NCBI GenBank assembly: GCA_963848295.1
Contig: CAWKDB010000010.1
Location: 4,830,800 to 4,894,799, forward strand
Direction: 5' to 3'
From: an uncultured delta proteobacterium
GTDB lineage: Bacteria > Myxococcota_A > Polyangia > Haliangiales > Haliangiaceae
Length of the DNA: 64,000 nt
Positions 20,882-29,900 of the stretch are shown here, one piece after another. Position 1 is the stretch's first letter. Every line of letters begins with the position of its first letter. The notes beneath the pieces are model-generated. The model did not search any database and was not told the origin of the DNA. It was given only the letters and a program-made list of their open reading frames with translations. A program made the translations under genes and the position numbers.

Positions 20882-22186
20882 ATGATGACCGGATCCGACG
20901 ACCTCACGCCGATGCAATTTGCCCGCGAGCTGCTCGTGGACGGCGCGCGCTATCTCGTCGAATTGTTCAAGACAATTGCTAATGGTATCAAGTCGTTATC
21001 GCCTCTCGTGCTTGGTCTCGGCGTCGCGTGCAGCAGCGATAGCGAACCCGTTCGGCCACGCCCGGCGGCGATCGCCAAGCTCGTCGTTCCGCTGCCCCCG
21101 CCGGAGCCGAAGCTCGACACCGGACCCACGGAGCTGGGCCAGTTCAACATCACGTTCTACTACGTGATCGGCGAAGACGAGATCGTCCCCAAGGCGTCGC
21201 TGATCGCCTCGAACGACACCAAGACTGCCTCCGACGGCAGCGCGATGGACCAGCCTGATCCCGCGCACGACCCCGAGCTGGCGACAATCGCCCCACCGGC
21301 GGCCGAGATGGTGACGCTCTACTCCGGCGAGCACTGCAGCCCGATCGCGGAAGTCACGCGCGACTTCGCGATGCAGCTCCAGCTCCAGGGTACCGGCAAG
21401 CTGCGCGATGGTCGCGTCCTGAACATCTGGGGCCACTGCAACTGCCCGCGGACCCCATGCTTCAAGGTCACTGAAAACCAGTGGGGCACGGGTGGCTCCG
21501 GCCGGCCGCTACAGCCTTTCCGCACCGTGGCGGTCGACCCCAAGGTCATCAAGCTCGGCTCGTTGCTGTACGTCCCGCTGCTCGAAGGCCGGACGATGCC
21601 AGGACGCGCGCCGTGGGGCGGCTATGTTCACGACGGCTGCGTGGTCGCGGACGATACCGGGGGGGGCATCGACGGCAACCGGCTCGACCTGTTCGTCGGT
21701 CGCAAGGCGTACTTTCTGGGCATCTCGGGCAGCGGTGGCAGCCACGCCTGGGCGCGCCACGTGCCGGTGTTCGACGGCAGCAAGATCTGCGCGCGCAAGG
21801 GCCGAGTCGTCGGCCGCGCCGGTGCGATCTCAGCGGCGGCCCATCGGCCCAGAGATCGGGCTCAGTGTGCGGCGGGAACGACGACCGGAGGCGTGGTCGG
21901 CGCGGTCGCGCTCGCGCCAGTCGCGGAGTTGGTCGCCGCGGTCGACGAATCGCCGCCACCGGCGGTCGCGCCGGGGAGCGTCGGGGTCGGTAGCTTGTCG
22001 CGATCGGCCTTGATGTCGACCGTCGGCGCCGTCTTCGCTTCGGGCTCGGTCGAGATCGTCGCGACGAAGCCGACGATGCCACCGAGGATGAGCGCGAGCC
22101 CGACATCGCCGAGCCACGGGGTCTTCGGCGAGCACGTGCCGGAGCTCTCCCCCGGGCCGGGCATCGTGCAGTTCGTGATGCCGTAG
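20882..22186 (+). CDS. 3D (Asp-Asp-Asp) domain protein, MltA-like peptidoglycan lytic enzyme; true 3' end probably ~21835
   Basis: AVDPKVIKLGS, ADDTGGGIDGNRLDLF. Sequence after ~21835 is antisense to the next gene, which suggests a lost stop codon. Confidence 0.75.
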   Translation: MMTGSDDLTPMQFARELLVDGARYLVELFKTIANGIKSLSPLVLGLGVACSSDSEPVRPRPAAIAKLVVPLPPPEPKLDTGPTELGQFNITFYYVIGEDEIVPKASLIASNDTKTASDGSAMDQPDPAHDPELATIAPPAAEMVTLYSGEHCSPIAEVTRDFAMQLQLQGTGKLRDGRVLNIWGHCNCPRTPCFKVTENQWGTGGSGRPLQPFRTVAVDPKVIKLGSLLYVPLLEGRTMPGRAPWGGYVHDGCVVADDTGGGIDGNRLDLFVGRKAYFLGISGSGGSHAWARHVPVFDGSKICARKGRVVGRAGAISAAAHRPRDRAQCAAGTTTGGVVGAVALAPVAELVAAVDESPPPAVAPGSVGVGSLSRSALMSTVGAVFASGSVEIVATKPTMPPRMSASPTSPSHGVFGEHVPELSPGPGIVQFVMP

Positions 22187-22320
22187 GTGAGGCCCTCGAC
22201 CACGAGCCCGCCGAGCACGAGCCCGCCTTCGCTGTATTTCGAGATCGTCCGGGCGCGCGGGTTGGTGGGAAAGCAACCGGCCAACAACAAGGCCGAGACG
22301 GCGAGAGCGACGGGACGCAT
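21862..22320 (-). CDS. Hypothetical lipoprotein with TM segments
   Basis: MRPVALAVSALLLAGC lipobox; two hydrophobic segments. Confidence 0.65.
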   Translation of the reverse strand: MRPVALAVSALLLAGCFPTNPRARTISKYSEGGLVLGGLVVEGLTYGITNCTMPGPGESSGTCSPKTPWLGDVGLALILGGIVGFVATISTEPEAKTAPTVDIKADRDKLPTPTLPGATAGGGDSSTAATNSATGASATAPTTPPVVVPAAH

Positions 22321-22414
22321 GGCCACGGGTTGTATCAGGATCCCGCCTGCGGTTAACAGCGACGTGATCACCGACGCTCATCTTGCGCGACGCTCGGACC
22401 GCAGTCCGAAGACC

Positions 22415-23131
22415 TCAGCGATGTAGCAGCGTTGCGCCGACGATCCGGTGGTCTGCGCGCTGCGCAAACGCGACGGCTCCCGCCGATCGCCACGCCGGAT
22501 CGAGCGCGATCTCGGCCGCGTGGGTCTGGCCCGCAGCCGCGACTTTGACGAGCGAGCGCACGACACGATCCGACGCGAGGGTCTCGCCGGCGTTTTCTCC
22601 GCGCGGTACCCACGTCCGCGTACCGTCCTCGTAGATCGCCGCCCACACGTCGGCGTCGGCCGGTGCGGTCGCTTCGATCGTCACGTGGCTGGCCTGCCAG
22701 CTCGCCTTCGCGCTGACCGCGCGCTGCGGTGGAGCATCGGCGATCGCGCGCGTGACGGCGGTCGCATTCGAGCCGAGCACGCCCGACGCGCCGGCCACGA
22801 CGAGCTCGGGCGTGTAGGCGCGACCATCACCGAGTGCGCCGGCGTAGTCCTCCTGGCGCGCACTCCACGCCGCCGACGAGAACGGATCGGCCCAGCCCAA
22901 GCCGTTCCAGTAGTCGACGTGGAACGACAGCGGCGCGATCCGCCGGCCGGCGGCCTCACTGGCGGCGGCGAGCTTCGACAACAGGCGGTCGGCGGGCGGG
23001 CACGAGCTACAGCCCTGCGACGTGAACAGCTCGATCACGATCGGGGCCTCGTCGGCGCGGGCAGCCGGCGGCTCGCCCGACGCGACCGAGCAGCCCAAGG
23101 GCAGGATCACCGCGGCGATCAGTGAGCGCAT
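22415..23131 (-). CDS. DUF1223 thioredoxin-like secreted protein
   Basis: IELFTSQGCSSCPPAD, FHVDYWN, YTPE, RGENAG. Confidence 0.9.
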   Translation of the reverse strand: MRSLIAAVILPLGCSVASGEPPAARADEAPIVIELFTSQGCSSCPPADRLLSKLAAASEAAGRRIAPLSFHVDYWNGLGWADPFSSAAWSARQEDYAGALGDGRAYTPELVVAGASGVLGSNATAVTRAIADAPPQRAVSAKASWQASHVTIEATAPADADVWAAIYEDGTRTWVPRGENAGETLASDRVVRSLVKVAAAGQTHAAEIALDPAWRSAGAVAFAQRADHRIVGATLLHR

Positions 23132-23232
23132 GGTGGTCGTACGAACCAGCGGGCCGCGAGGTTACCGCGATTCATCCGCAGCGAGGGCCGCAGCAGCTGT
23201 CGCCGTTGCGGCAACCCATGTACCCGGTCCAA

Positions 23233-23447
23233 CCCGTTGCCGTGACCGTTTGCCGTTTGCCGTCGCCGCTGTTCGCCGTCGCCGTGGCCGTTTGCCGTCG
23301 CCGTGGCCGTGGCCGTTTGCCGTCGCCGTTGCCGGCGCCGTTGCCGTTTGCCGTCGCCGTTGCCGTTTGCCGTTGCCGTTTGCCGTCGCCGTTGCCGTTT
23401 GCCGTGGCCGTGGCCGTTTGCCGTGGCCGCTGTTCGCCGTTTGCCGA
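23233..23447 (+). repeat. Microsatellite array 1: mixed 6/7-mers GCCGTT(T)/GCCGTC/GCCGTG
   Basis: Read directly; GCCGT core with variable unit ends. Confidence 0.95.
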
Positions 23448-23543
23448 CTTTCGGATCGGGAGCAGGAACCGGACCTCGGATTCGGCGCCGAGGCCGTCGC
23501 CGGTTGGCTGCCGGCGTGGCGCCGGCGGCCTCGGCCGAGGTTC

Positions 23544-23867
23544 TTAGTGCGTGAGCCGCCACAGGATGGCGCGCACGTGGTCGAGCGGCTCGTCGACCGC
23601 GGCGAAGTCCTCGGCGGAGATGATGCCGCGCGCCTGTGCGATCAGCAGGGCGGTCGTGAGCTCGCTCGCGCTGCCGGCGGCGCGGCGATAAAAGTCGGGG
23701 CGATCGAGACCGACGCGCATGCGGCCTTCGCTGAGGTTGAGCGCGATGCTCTCGCCGGCGCGGACGATCTCGTCGGCGAGTGACTTGCGCGTGCGGCGGA
23801 CCTTGGCCTCGACAGAAGCGAGCTGCTGCAGGACGGCGAGGGCGAAGTCGAGGGCGTAGAACGACAT
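23544..23867 (-). CDS. Four-helix-bundle protein (23S rRNA IVP / Avd-like), copy A
   Basis: 107 aa; LADEIVRAGESIALNLSEG...AAGSASE matches the family motif L.DQ..RA..SI..NI.EG...A.GS..E; GGAGG RBS. Confidence 0.88.
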   Translation of the reverse strand: MSFYALDFALAVLQQLASVEAKVRRTRKSLADEIVRAGESIALNLSEGRMRVGLDRPDFYRRAAGSASELTTALLIAQARGIISAEDFAAVDEPLDHVRAILWRLTH

Positions 23868-23888
23868 GAAGATCCTCCGAAGTGAGTG

Positions 23889-24085
23889 GCCGATGGGTGG
23901 GAACGTCTCTCTCTCGCCCGTCGCGCCGCAGTCGCGCGGGTCCCGTGACGAGCGCGGGCGCTGACCACCGCACTCGCCGGCCGATCAACTCCGCGGCGAT
24001 CGCTCTCACACGCCGGCGCACTCGGCGCTCGGCGCGGGACAAGCGCGAAGCGGCGCAGGGCGAGAGAGACGTTCCATCCATCGGC
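23889..24085 (-). ncRNA. Putative structured leader / ncRNA (long imperfect hairpin) upstream of four-helix-bundle gene A
   Basis: GCCGATGGGTGGGAACGTCTCTCTCTCGCCC (23889-23919) is complementary to GGGCGAGAGAGACGTTCCATCCATCGGC (24058-24085), with further inner stems; homologous to leader B. Whether it acts as RNA or DNA is not established. Confidence 0.6.
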
Positions 24086-24114
24086 GCGAGCGAAGGAGCG
24101 TCGAGTGTTCCAAG

Positions 24115-24408
24115 GCCGTCGCCGTCGCCGTAGCCGTAGCCGAAGCCGTCGCCGGAGCCGGAGCCGAAGCCGTCGCCGAAGCCGAAGCCGTCGCCGAAGC
24201 CGAAGCCGTCGCCGAAGCCGTCGCCGTCGCCGAAGCCGAAGCCGAAGCCGAAGCCGAAGCCGAAGCCGAAGCCGAAGCCGAAGCCGTAGCCGTAGCCGAA
24301 GCCGTAGCCGGAGCCGAAGCCGAAGCCGAAGCCGAAGCCGAAGCCGAAGCCGTCGCCGTCGCCGAAGCCGAAGCCGAAGCCGAAGCCGAAGCCGTCGCCG
24401 ATGCCGCC
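24115..24408 (+). repeat. Microsatellite array 2: 49 in-phase GCCGNN hexamers (mostly GCCGAA, also GCCGTC/GCCGTA/GCCGGA)
   Basis: 294 nt in perfect 6-nt phase, counted by hand. Confidence 0.97.
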
Positions 24409-24421
24409 ACCTTTCGCACTC

Positions 24422-24622
24422 GCGGCTTCCGATCGCCGTGGCCGTCGCCCTGCGCCGCTTCGCGCCAGCGCCGTGCCGAGCGCCGGGACCACCGACGCGT
24501 GCGAAGGACCGCCGCAGAGTTGGATCGATCGACGCGTGCGGAGATCTGTGCCCGCGCTCGTCACGGCGCCGGCGCGAGTGCGGCGCGACGGGCGAGACGG
24601 CCCCGGCGAATCGGGCGTCCGC
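24422..24622 (+). ncRNA. Putative structured leader / ncRNA (long imperfect hairpin) upstream of four-helix-bundle gene B
   Basis: The 5' arm 24422-24483 pairs with the 3' arm 24554-24622. Core 24445-24597 is ~81% identical (hand count 124/153) to the reverse complement of 23912-24063. Confidence 0.6.
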
Positions 24623-24643
24623 TCATCCACGAAAGGCCACGCC

Positions 24644-24964
24644 ATGCTCGACGTCCTCGCTCAATCGCTCACCGTCCTCGAACAGCTCGCCCCGGTCGAG
24701 CCGAAGCTGCGGGCTCGCCGCAAGTCGCTCGCCGACGAGATCGGCCGCGCCGCCGAGAGCGTCGCGCTCAACATCGCCGAGGCGAGCGCACGCGCCGGCC
24801 TCGACCGCCCCGACATGTTCCGCCGCGCGTTCGGCAGCGCGCGCGAGCTGTCGGCCGCGCTCATGATCGCGAAGGCGCGCGGCTACATCACGCCCGACGA
24901 CTTCGCCGCGATCGATGCGCCGCTCGATCGCGTGCGCGCGATGCTGTTCCGGCTCACACGGTGA
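24644..24964 (+). CDS. Four-helix-bundle protein (23S rRNA IVP / Avd-like), copy B
   Basis: MLDVLAQSL...LADEIGRAAESVALNIAEA...AFGSARE; 106 aa, ~61% identical to copy A by hand alignment; GAAAGG RBS. Confidence 0.88.
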   Translation: MLDVLAQSLTVLEQLAPVEPKLRARRKSLADEIGRAAESVALNIAEASARAGLDRPDMFRRAFGSARELSAALMIAKARGYITPDDFAAIDAPLDRVRAMLFRLTR

Positions 24965-24995
24965 GCGCGCGCCGGGCGCTGATTCCGGCAGCCTT

Positions 24996-25195
24996 GCCGG
25001 AGCCGCAGCCGGTTCCGTACCCGGTTCCGCAGCCGCAGCCGGTTCCGTACCCGGTTCCGCAGCCGCAGCCGTAGCCGGTTCCGCAGCCGTAGCCGCAGCC
25101 GCCGCCGTACCCGGTTCCGCAGCCGCCGCCGCAGCCGGTTCCGCAGCCGCAGCCGTGGCCGTCGCCGATGCCGACAAGCCGCAACCGGTTCCGCT
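24996..25195 (+). repeat. Microsatellite array 3: NCCGNN hexamers (GCCGCA/GCCGGT/TCCGTA/CCCGGT/TCCGCA) with higher-order repeats
   Basis: 30 in-phase units from 24996 to 25175, then 3 more after a 2-nt offset. Confidence 0.95.
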
Positions 25196-25211
25196 GGCGA
25201 GATCCGGACGA

Positions 25212-26018
25212 CTACGAACCGCGCAGGGCGCGGACGATTTCTTCGCGCACCACGTGCGCCAGATCGTGTGGTTTTCCGCTCGCCGAGACGGTCGCGACCG
25301 GCGAATGGGGCGCCGGCGCGCACGCGACGACCGGCTGCGAAACCCCGGTGAGCTGCGGGTAGAGCTCGACCGCGCGGTCGGCGGCGCGCCCGATGCCGGC
25401 CTTCGCGCGCGCGGCGATCAGCGGCGCCATCGCCGATTCGGGCAGCGGGACCGGGCCACCGAGTGGGGCCGCGGCCAGTGCGATCTTCGCGAGGTGCTCG
25501 ACCAGCTCGAGCCGGAGCAGCGCGGTCTCGGCGTCCTTGCCCCACGCGATCACGCCGTGGTTGCCGAGCAGCACGACGTCGACAAGCTCGCACCACGGGG
25601 CGAGGGCGGCGCGCGCGGCGTCGCCGGGCGGCGTGAAGGGCAGCTTCGGGATCCTCGGTCCGAGCGACACGACGGCTTCCGCGATAAACGGCCGCTCGAT
25701 CGGGTGCTGCGAGCTCGAAGCGATCGCGGTGGCCGCAGGTGGGTGCGCGTGGACGACCGCGCCGACGTCGGGCCGGCGCTCGTAGACGACGAGGTGCAAG
25801 CCGATCTCGCCGAATACCTTGCCGGCGCCGATGACCTTGCCCTTGGCGTCGAGCTCGATGATGTCCTTGTCCTCGACCAGGCGCTTCGAGGTCGCGGTCG
25901 GGGTCGCGATGAACCGTGCGCCGTCGCGCGCGCTGACGTTGCCGTCGTGGTTCGCGACCCAACCAGCGGCGTGGAGCTGGCGCGCGATCTTCGCGACCTC
26001 GCGGCGCAGCGGGGTCAC
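25212..26018 (-). CDS. Class II aldolase/adducin family protein with C-terminal BMC encapsulation peptide
   Basis: DGNVS, EIGLH, VHAHPP, LLGNHG; C-terminal amphipathic helix [14 protein letters not shown] after a Pro/Ser linker. Confidence 0.88.
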   Translation of the reverse strand: MTPLRREVAKIARQLHAAGWVANHDGNVSARDGARFIATPTATSKRLVEDKDIIELDAKGKVIGAGKVFGEIGLHLVVYERRPDVGAVVHAHPPAATAIASSSQHPIERPFIAEAVVSLGPRIPKLPFTPPGDAARAALAPWCELVDVVLLGNHGVIAWGKDAETALLRLELVEHLAKIALAAAPLGGPVPLPESAMAPLIAARAKAGIGRAADRAVELYPQLTGVSQPVVACAPAPHSPVATVSASGKPHDLAHVVREEIVRALRGS

Positions 26019-26290
26019 GGGGCGGTCTCGACCGCGTCGACGATGCCGACGATCAGCGACCGGATCGGCACGATGTCGCCCTGTTTCAGGATCTGGCGGA
26101 CGCCGTTGCCCTCGGTCAGGACGAGCACCTTGTCGCCGACTCCCGCCTGCGCGTGGTCGACCGCGACGAAGCTCGCGCCGGCATCGCCGCCGTGCTCGTC
26201 GAGCGGCTGGACGACGAACAGCGCGCGCCCGGCGTACGCGGGGTGCTTGACCGCGGCCCACATCGGCCCGACGACCCGGCAGCACCTCAT
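26015..26290 (-). CDS. EutN/CcmL family microcompartment pentamer (BMC-P)
   Basis: [15 protein letters not shown]...IVGIVD. Confidence 0.9.
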   Translation of the reverse strand: MRCCRVVGPMWAAVKHPAYAGRALFVVQPLDEHGGDAGASFVAVDHAQAGVGDKVLVLTEGNGVRQILKQGDIVPIRSLIVGIVDAVETAP

Positions 26291-26565
26291 GGCACCCGTT
26301 TCGGCGCGTCGAGCCCGTCGACGATGCCCACGATCGCGGCGTCGACCGGTACGAACCACGGCTCGAGAGCGAGCGCGGCTTCGCGCGACCCGACGAGGTA
26401 GACGAGGTCGCCGTCCCCGGCTTGGACGGTGTCGATCGCGGCCTGGAGGTCGCCGACCGGGGCGCGGTGCTCGTCGACCGGCTGGACGAGCAGGATCTTC
26501 TTGCCCTCGAGGCCGGCGGCCTTGCGCGCCGCGACGACCGTGCCTTTAACGATGCCGAGGTACAT
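26287..26565 (-). CDS. EutN/CcmL family microcompartment pentamer (BMC-P)
   Basis: [11 protein letters not shown]...[11 protein letters not shown]...[11 protein letters not shown]. Confidence 0.92.
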   Translation of the reverse strand: MYLGIVKGTVVAARKAAGLEGKKILLVQPVDEHRAPVGDLQAAIDTVQAGDGDLVYLVGSREAALALEPWFVPVDAAIVGIVDGLDAPKRVP

Positions 26566-26617
26566 CGAGGCGCGGTTGTACCATGACGAACAGGGAGAGA
26601 CGGTGCTAGACCACGGC

Positions 26618-26956
26618 ATGGCCTACGAGCAAGAGCAGCGCGCCGCCCTGCGGATCCTCGAAGGGATCGAAGAAGGCACCATGAGCGCGGCTGACTCGGC
26701 AGCGCTTGTCGAGGACGCCGACCCGGCCCTCATCTATCTGATCTTCACGTGGCTGCGCAAGCGCTACGCCGATCACGCGAACTCCGATGCGGTGCTGGGT
26801 CGCGTCGTCGCGATCAGCGGTCGCCCGGCGGTCGCGAAGCTGATGAAAGAAGGCCAGGCCGACTCGATCGTCGAGTGGTTCGAAGACGGCTATTCTTATC
26901 GCGACCTCGGCGCGAAAGAATTCATCGCGCTGATCGTCGAGAAGCTCGAGAGCTGA
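26618..26956 (+). CDS. Hypothetical helical protein (112 aa)
   Basis: [16 protein letters not shown]...; good codon bias; fills the intergenic gap. Confidence 0.7.
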   Translation: MAYEQEQRAALRILEGIEEGTMSAADSAALVEDADPALIYLIFTWLRKRYADHANSDAVLGRVVAISGRPAVAKLMKEGQADSIVEWFEDGYSYRDLGAKEFIALIVEKLES

Positions 26957-26990
26957 GACCGCCTCGTACGCTCGTTGCGTCGCCGAGGCT

Positions 26991-29900
26991 CTAGCGAATG
27001 CCGACGCCGAGCCTGGCGCGCAGCGCGAGCCAGCCCGGTAGAGCGACCGCGTGTATCAAGTGCTCCGCGGTGTCGCCGCGCGCCTTCGCCGCTGCCACGA
27101 TCGTGACCGCATCGCCGCCGACGAGCAGGGCGGCGCGATCGGCGGTGCGCTCGCACGCGGCGGCGTAACGGGCGGTGTCGAGGCTCATCGGCGGGACCGC
27201 TAGCAGCTGCTGCTCGAGCCGAGTCCGCAGCTTGACCGGCAGCGCGGCCTTGACGACCTCGTCGTGCGCGCGCTGGATGTCCTCGTCGGCGATCGACGCC
27301 GCGAGCGCATCGCGCAGCAGCGGCGGGCCGAACAGCCGCGCGACCGAGGCGACCAGCCGCGCCGATTCGGTGGCGGGCAAGCCGGCGAACGCGAGGTGCT
27401 CGGGCCGCGTGAGCTCGACGGCGCGCGCGAGCAGGGCGCGGATCGTGTCGTGCGGCAGTGGCGAGGTCTCGGCGGCGAGCCGAGGACCGATGACGATCAC
27501 CGGCGTCGCGGCGGCGACGACCGTGACGTCCGCGCCTTCGTCGACTTGATACAGCATGACCGCGCCGGTGCCGAGCACGGTGGTCAACCGCGGGAACATC
27601 GCGTGCGCGGCGGCGTGAGTCGTCGCCGGAATCAGGCGCGCGCCGGAGCAGCCCATGCGCGCGAACGCCTCTTCGAGATCGGGCCACAGCAGCGCGGCGG
27701 CTTCGGCCAACGTCTGCGCGATCGGCGCGAGCACCGGGTCGGCGGTCGCGATCAAGAGCTGATCGGTCGCGTCGACCGCCGAGGGGTACGATTCGTCGTC
27801 CCGAATCGCGTACGGCTTGTTGACCTGGAGGAACGCGCTCTGATGGACGTCGGCGGTGTGACCGACGCCGATCGCGAGCTCGAGCGTCGCGCGCGCGGCA
27901 TCGAGCTTGTTCTGGCGGCGCAGCTCGTCGGCCCACGCGACGAGATCGGCGAGCGCCCCGGTCTGTGCGGTGATCGCACCGAGGTGCGTCGCGATCGCTT
28001 CTTTGCGCGCCGGGTCGTCGATCGTGGCTTGCTTGCCGAGATCGACGAGCGCACGCCGCGCCTGGGTCGCGCCCTCGGAATCGGGTGCGATCGCGATCGC
28101 GTGCTCGAACGCGGGTAGCGCTTGCCGGGTGTCGCCGCGTTGTGCGCGCGCTTGGCCGAGCCGGGTCGACAGCAACGCGCGATGCGCGGCGGACGCGGCG
28201 GAGAACCGATCGTCCTTCGCGGTGACGAGCTTGGTCAGCATCGACGCGGCGGCGTCGACATCGCCTTGGGCGAGCGCGAGCTCCGACGCGAGATCGACGG
28301 CATCGACATCGTATGGATCGTTGTCGACGGCGCGATCGGCGGCGGCACGAGCGCGCGTCTTGTCGCCGGCGGCGAGGTAATCGTTCGCGGCGCGCAGGTG
28401 ACGGGCCGCGCGATCGGCCGGCGTCGCGCCGAACGCGGCCATCAGCTCGGCGGTCCGCGCGCTACCGGCGAGATCGCCGGCGAGGTCTTGGCGCTCGAGC
28501 AGCTTCTCGAGCAGCGGGACGTGCTTGGCCTCGAGCGGTTGCGCCGACGCGACCGCCGCGCCGTAACAGGTCAACGCGCGCTCCTCGTCGTGCAGCATCA
28601 GCAGCGACATGTCGCCGAGGGCCTCGAACAGCTTCATCCGCTCGGCCGGATCTTCGGTCGCGGTCGCCTGCCGCGTCAGCAAGTCGGCCGCCTTGCGGTG
28701 ATCGCCTTGCTCCATCGCGATCTCGGCGAGCGCCTGTAACGCGGGCGCGTAGTTCGGCTTGAGCTCGAGGGCGCGCGTGTACAACGGCGCCGCCTTCTCG
28801 GGCCGGAGCGAGCGAATCTCGGCGAGCGCCGCGTGATAAAGGCCCTGCGCGACCTCGGTCGGATACTTCACCGAGTCTTCGTGCGTCGCGAGCGGCGACA
28901 GATGCAACGCCGCTTCGCGCCAGCGCCGCGCCTTGTAGCGGTTCTCGCCGAGCGCGAGCTTGATCAAGAGATGCCCGCGATGCATGCGATCGGCGGCGAC
29001 CAGCGTCTGATACGCGTCCTCGTCGCGACCGAGCTTCTCGTGCGCGGTCGCGAGCCGGCGGTGCAGGTCCGCGACGAGCGCGGTCGGCGCGGCGGCCAGG
29101 GTCGTGCCATCGAGGACCTCGCGCAGGAACGCCTCGAGATCGGCCCACCGCTCGGCGTCGGCATAGAAGTCGGCGAGCGCGACGATCGCCGGCAAGTGGT
29201 CCGGCACGCTGCCGAGTGCTTCGAGCAACCGGCGCTCGGCCGCCGATTCGATGCCGGCGGCGCGCGACAGCGCGGCGAGCTGAGTGAGCACGCGCGCCCT
29301 CTCCGGCGGGGTGAGCGTCTCGGCTTCGAGCCGCTTCTCGAGAATGCGGGTCGCAGCATCGGGATCGCCGCCTTGCTCGGACAGCCCGGCGAGCGCCCAG
29401 GTCGCGTCGGCGTGATACGGCCGCAGCGTCAGCACGCGCTCGAACGCGGCATGCGCGCCGGCCATATCGTTGACGCGCGAGCGCAGGACCTCACCGGCCG
29501 CCATCAACGCGGCGATCTTGACGTCCTCGTCCTTCGCGCTCTCGGCTTCGCGCAGCTTCGCGTCGGCGAACGCGCGCGGATCCTCGTCGGGCGACGCGAG
29601 CTGAGCGAGCACCGCGAGCGCGGTCGGGTGCTCCGGCACCAGCGCGAGCGCGTGATCGATCGAGGCACGCGCGGCGTCGCGGTCGGACAGCTTGTCGACC
29701 TGGAGCTGCGCGAGCCGGATGTAGAGCCCGGCGAGCTCGCCCTTGCCGCCGCCGGCCTCGGCGTGCGCGGACAGCGTGTCGATTCGATTCTCGAGGATCG
29801 CCGAGGCTTCGCGGTCGCGTCCCGCCTTCGAGAGCGCGGCGACGAGGGCGTCGGCGAGTGCGGCGTCGTCCGGCGCGATCGTGCGTGCGTGGCGCAGCGT

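Noticed and set aside
21835..22186. C-terminal extension of the 3D-domain protein
   Set aside because: It overlaps a credible lipoprotein gene on the opposite strand; probably read-through from a sequencing error.
23119..24866. ORFs with GF/GD, RS or AS/AT dipeptide repeats (23119-24645, 24105-24866, 24006-24419)
   Set aside because: These are translations of the stop-free hexamer array; they overlap the real four-helix-bundle genes and have no RBS or codon signal.
24954..25184. Cys/Gly-rich 76-aa ORF that resembles a RiPP precursor or metallothionein
   Set aside because: It is the reverse translation of microsatellite array 3; there is no leader and no modifying enzymes nearby.
23233..25195. 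CRISPR array or complete DGR
   Set aside because: No 25-45 nt repeats with unique spacers and no cas genes; no RT and no TR/VR pair differing at adenines was seen.
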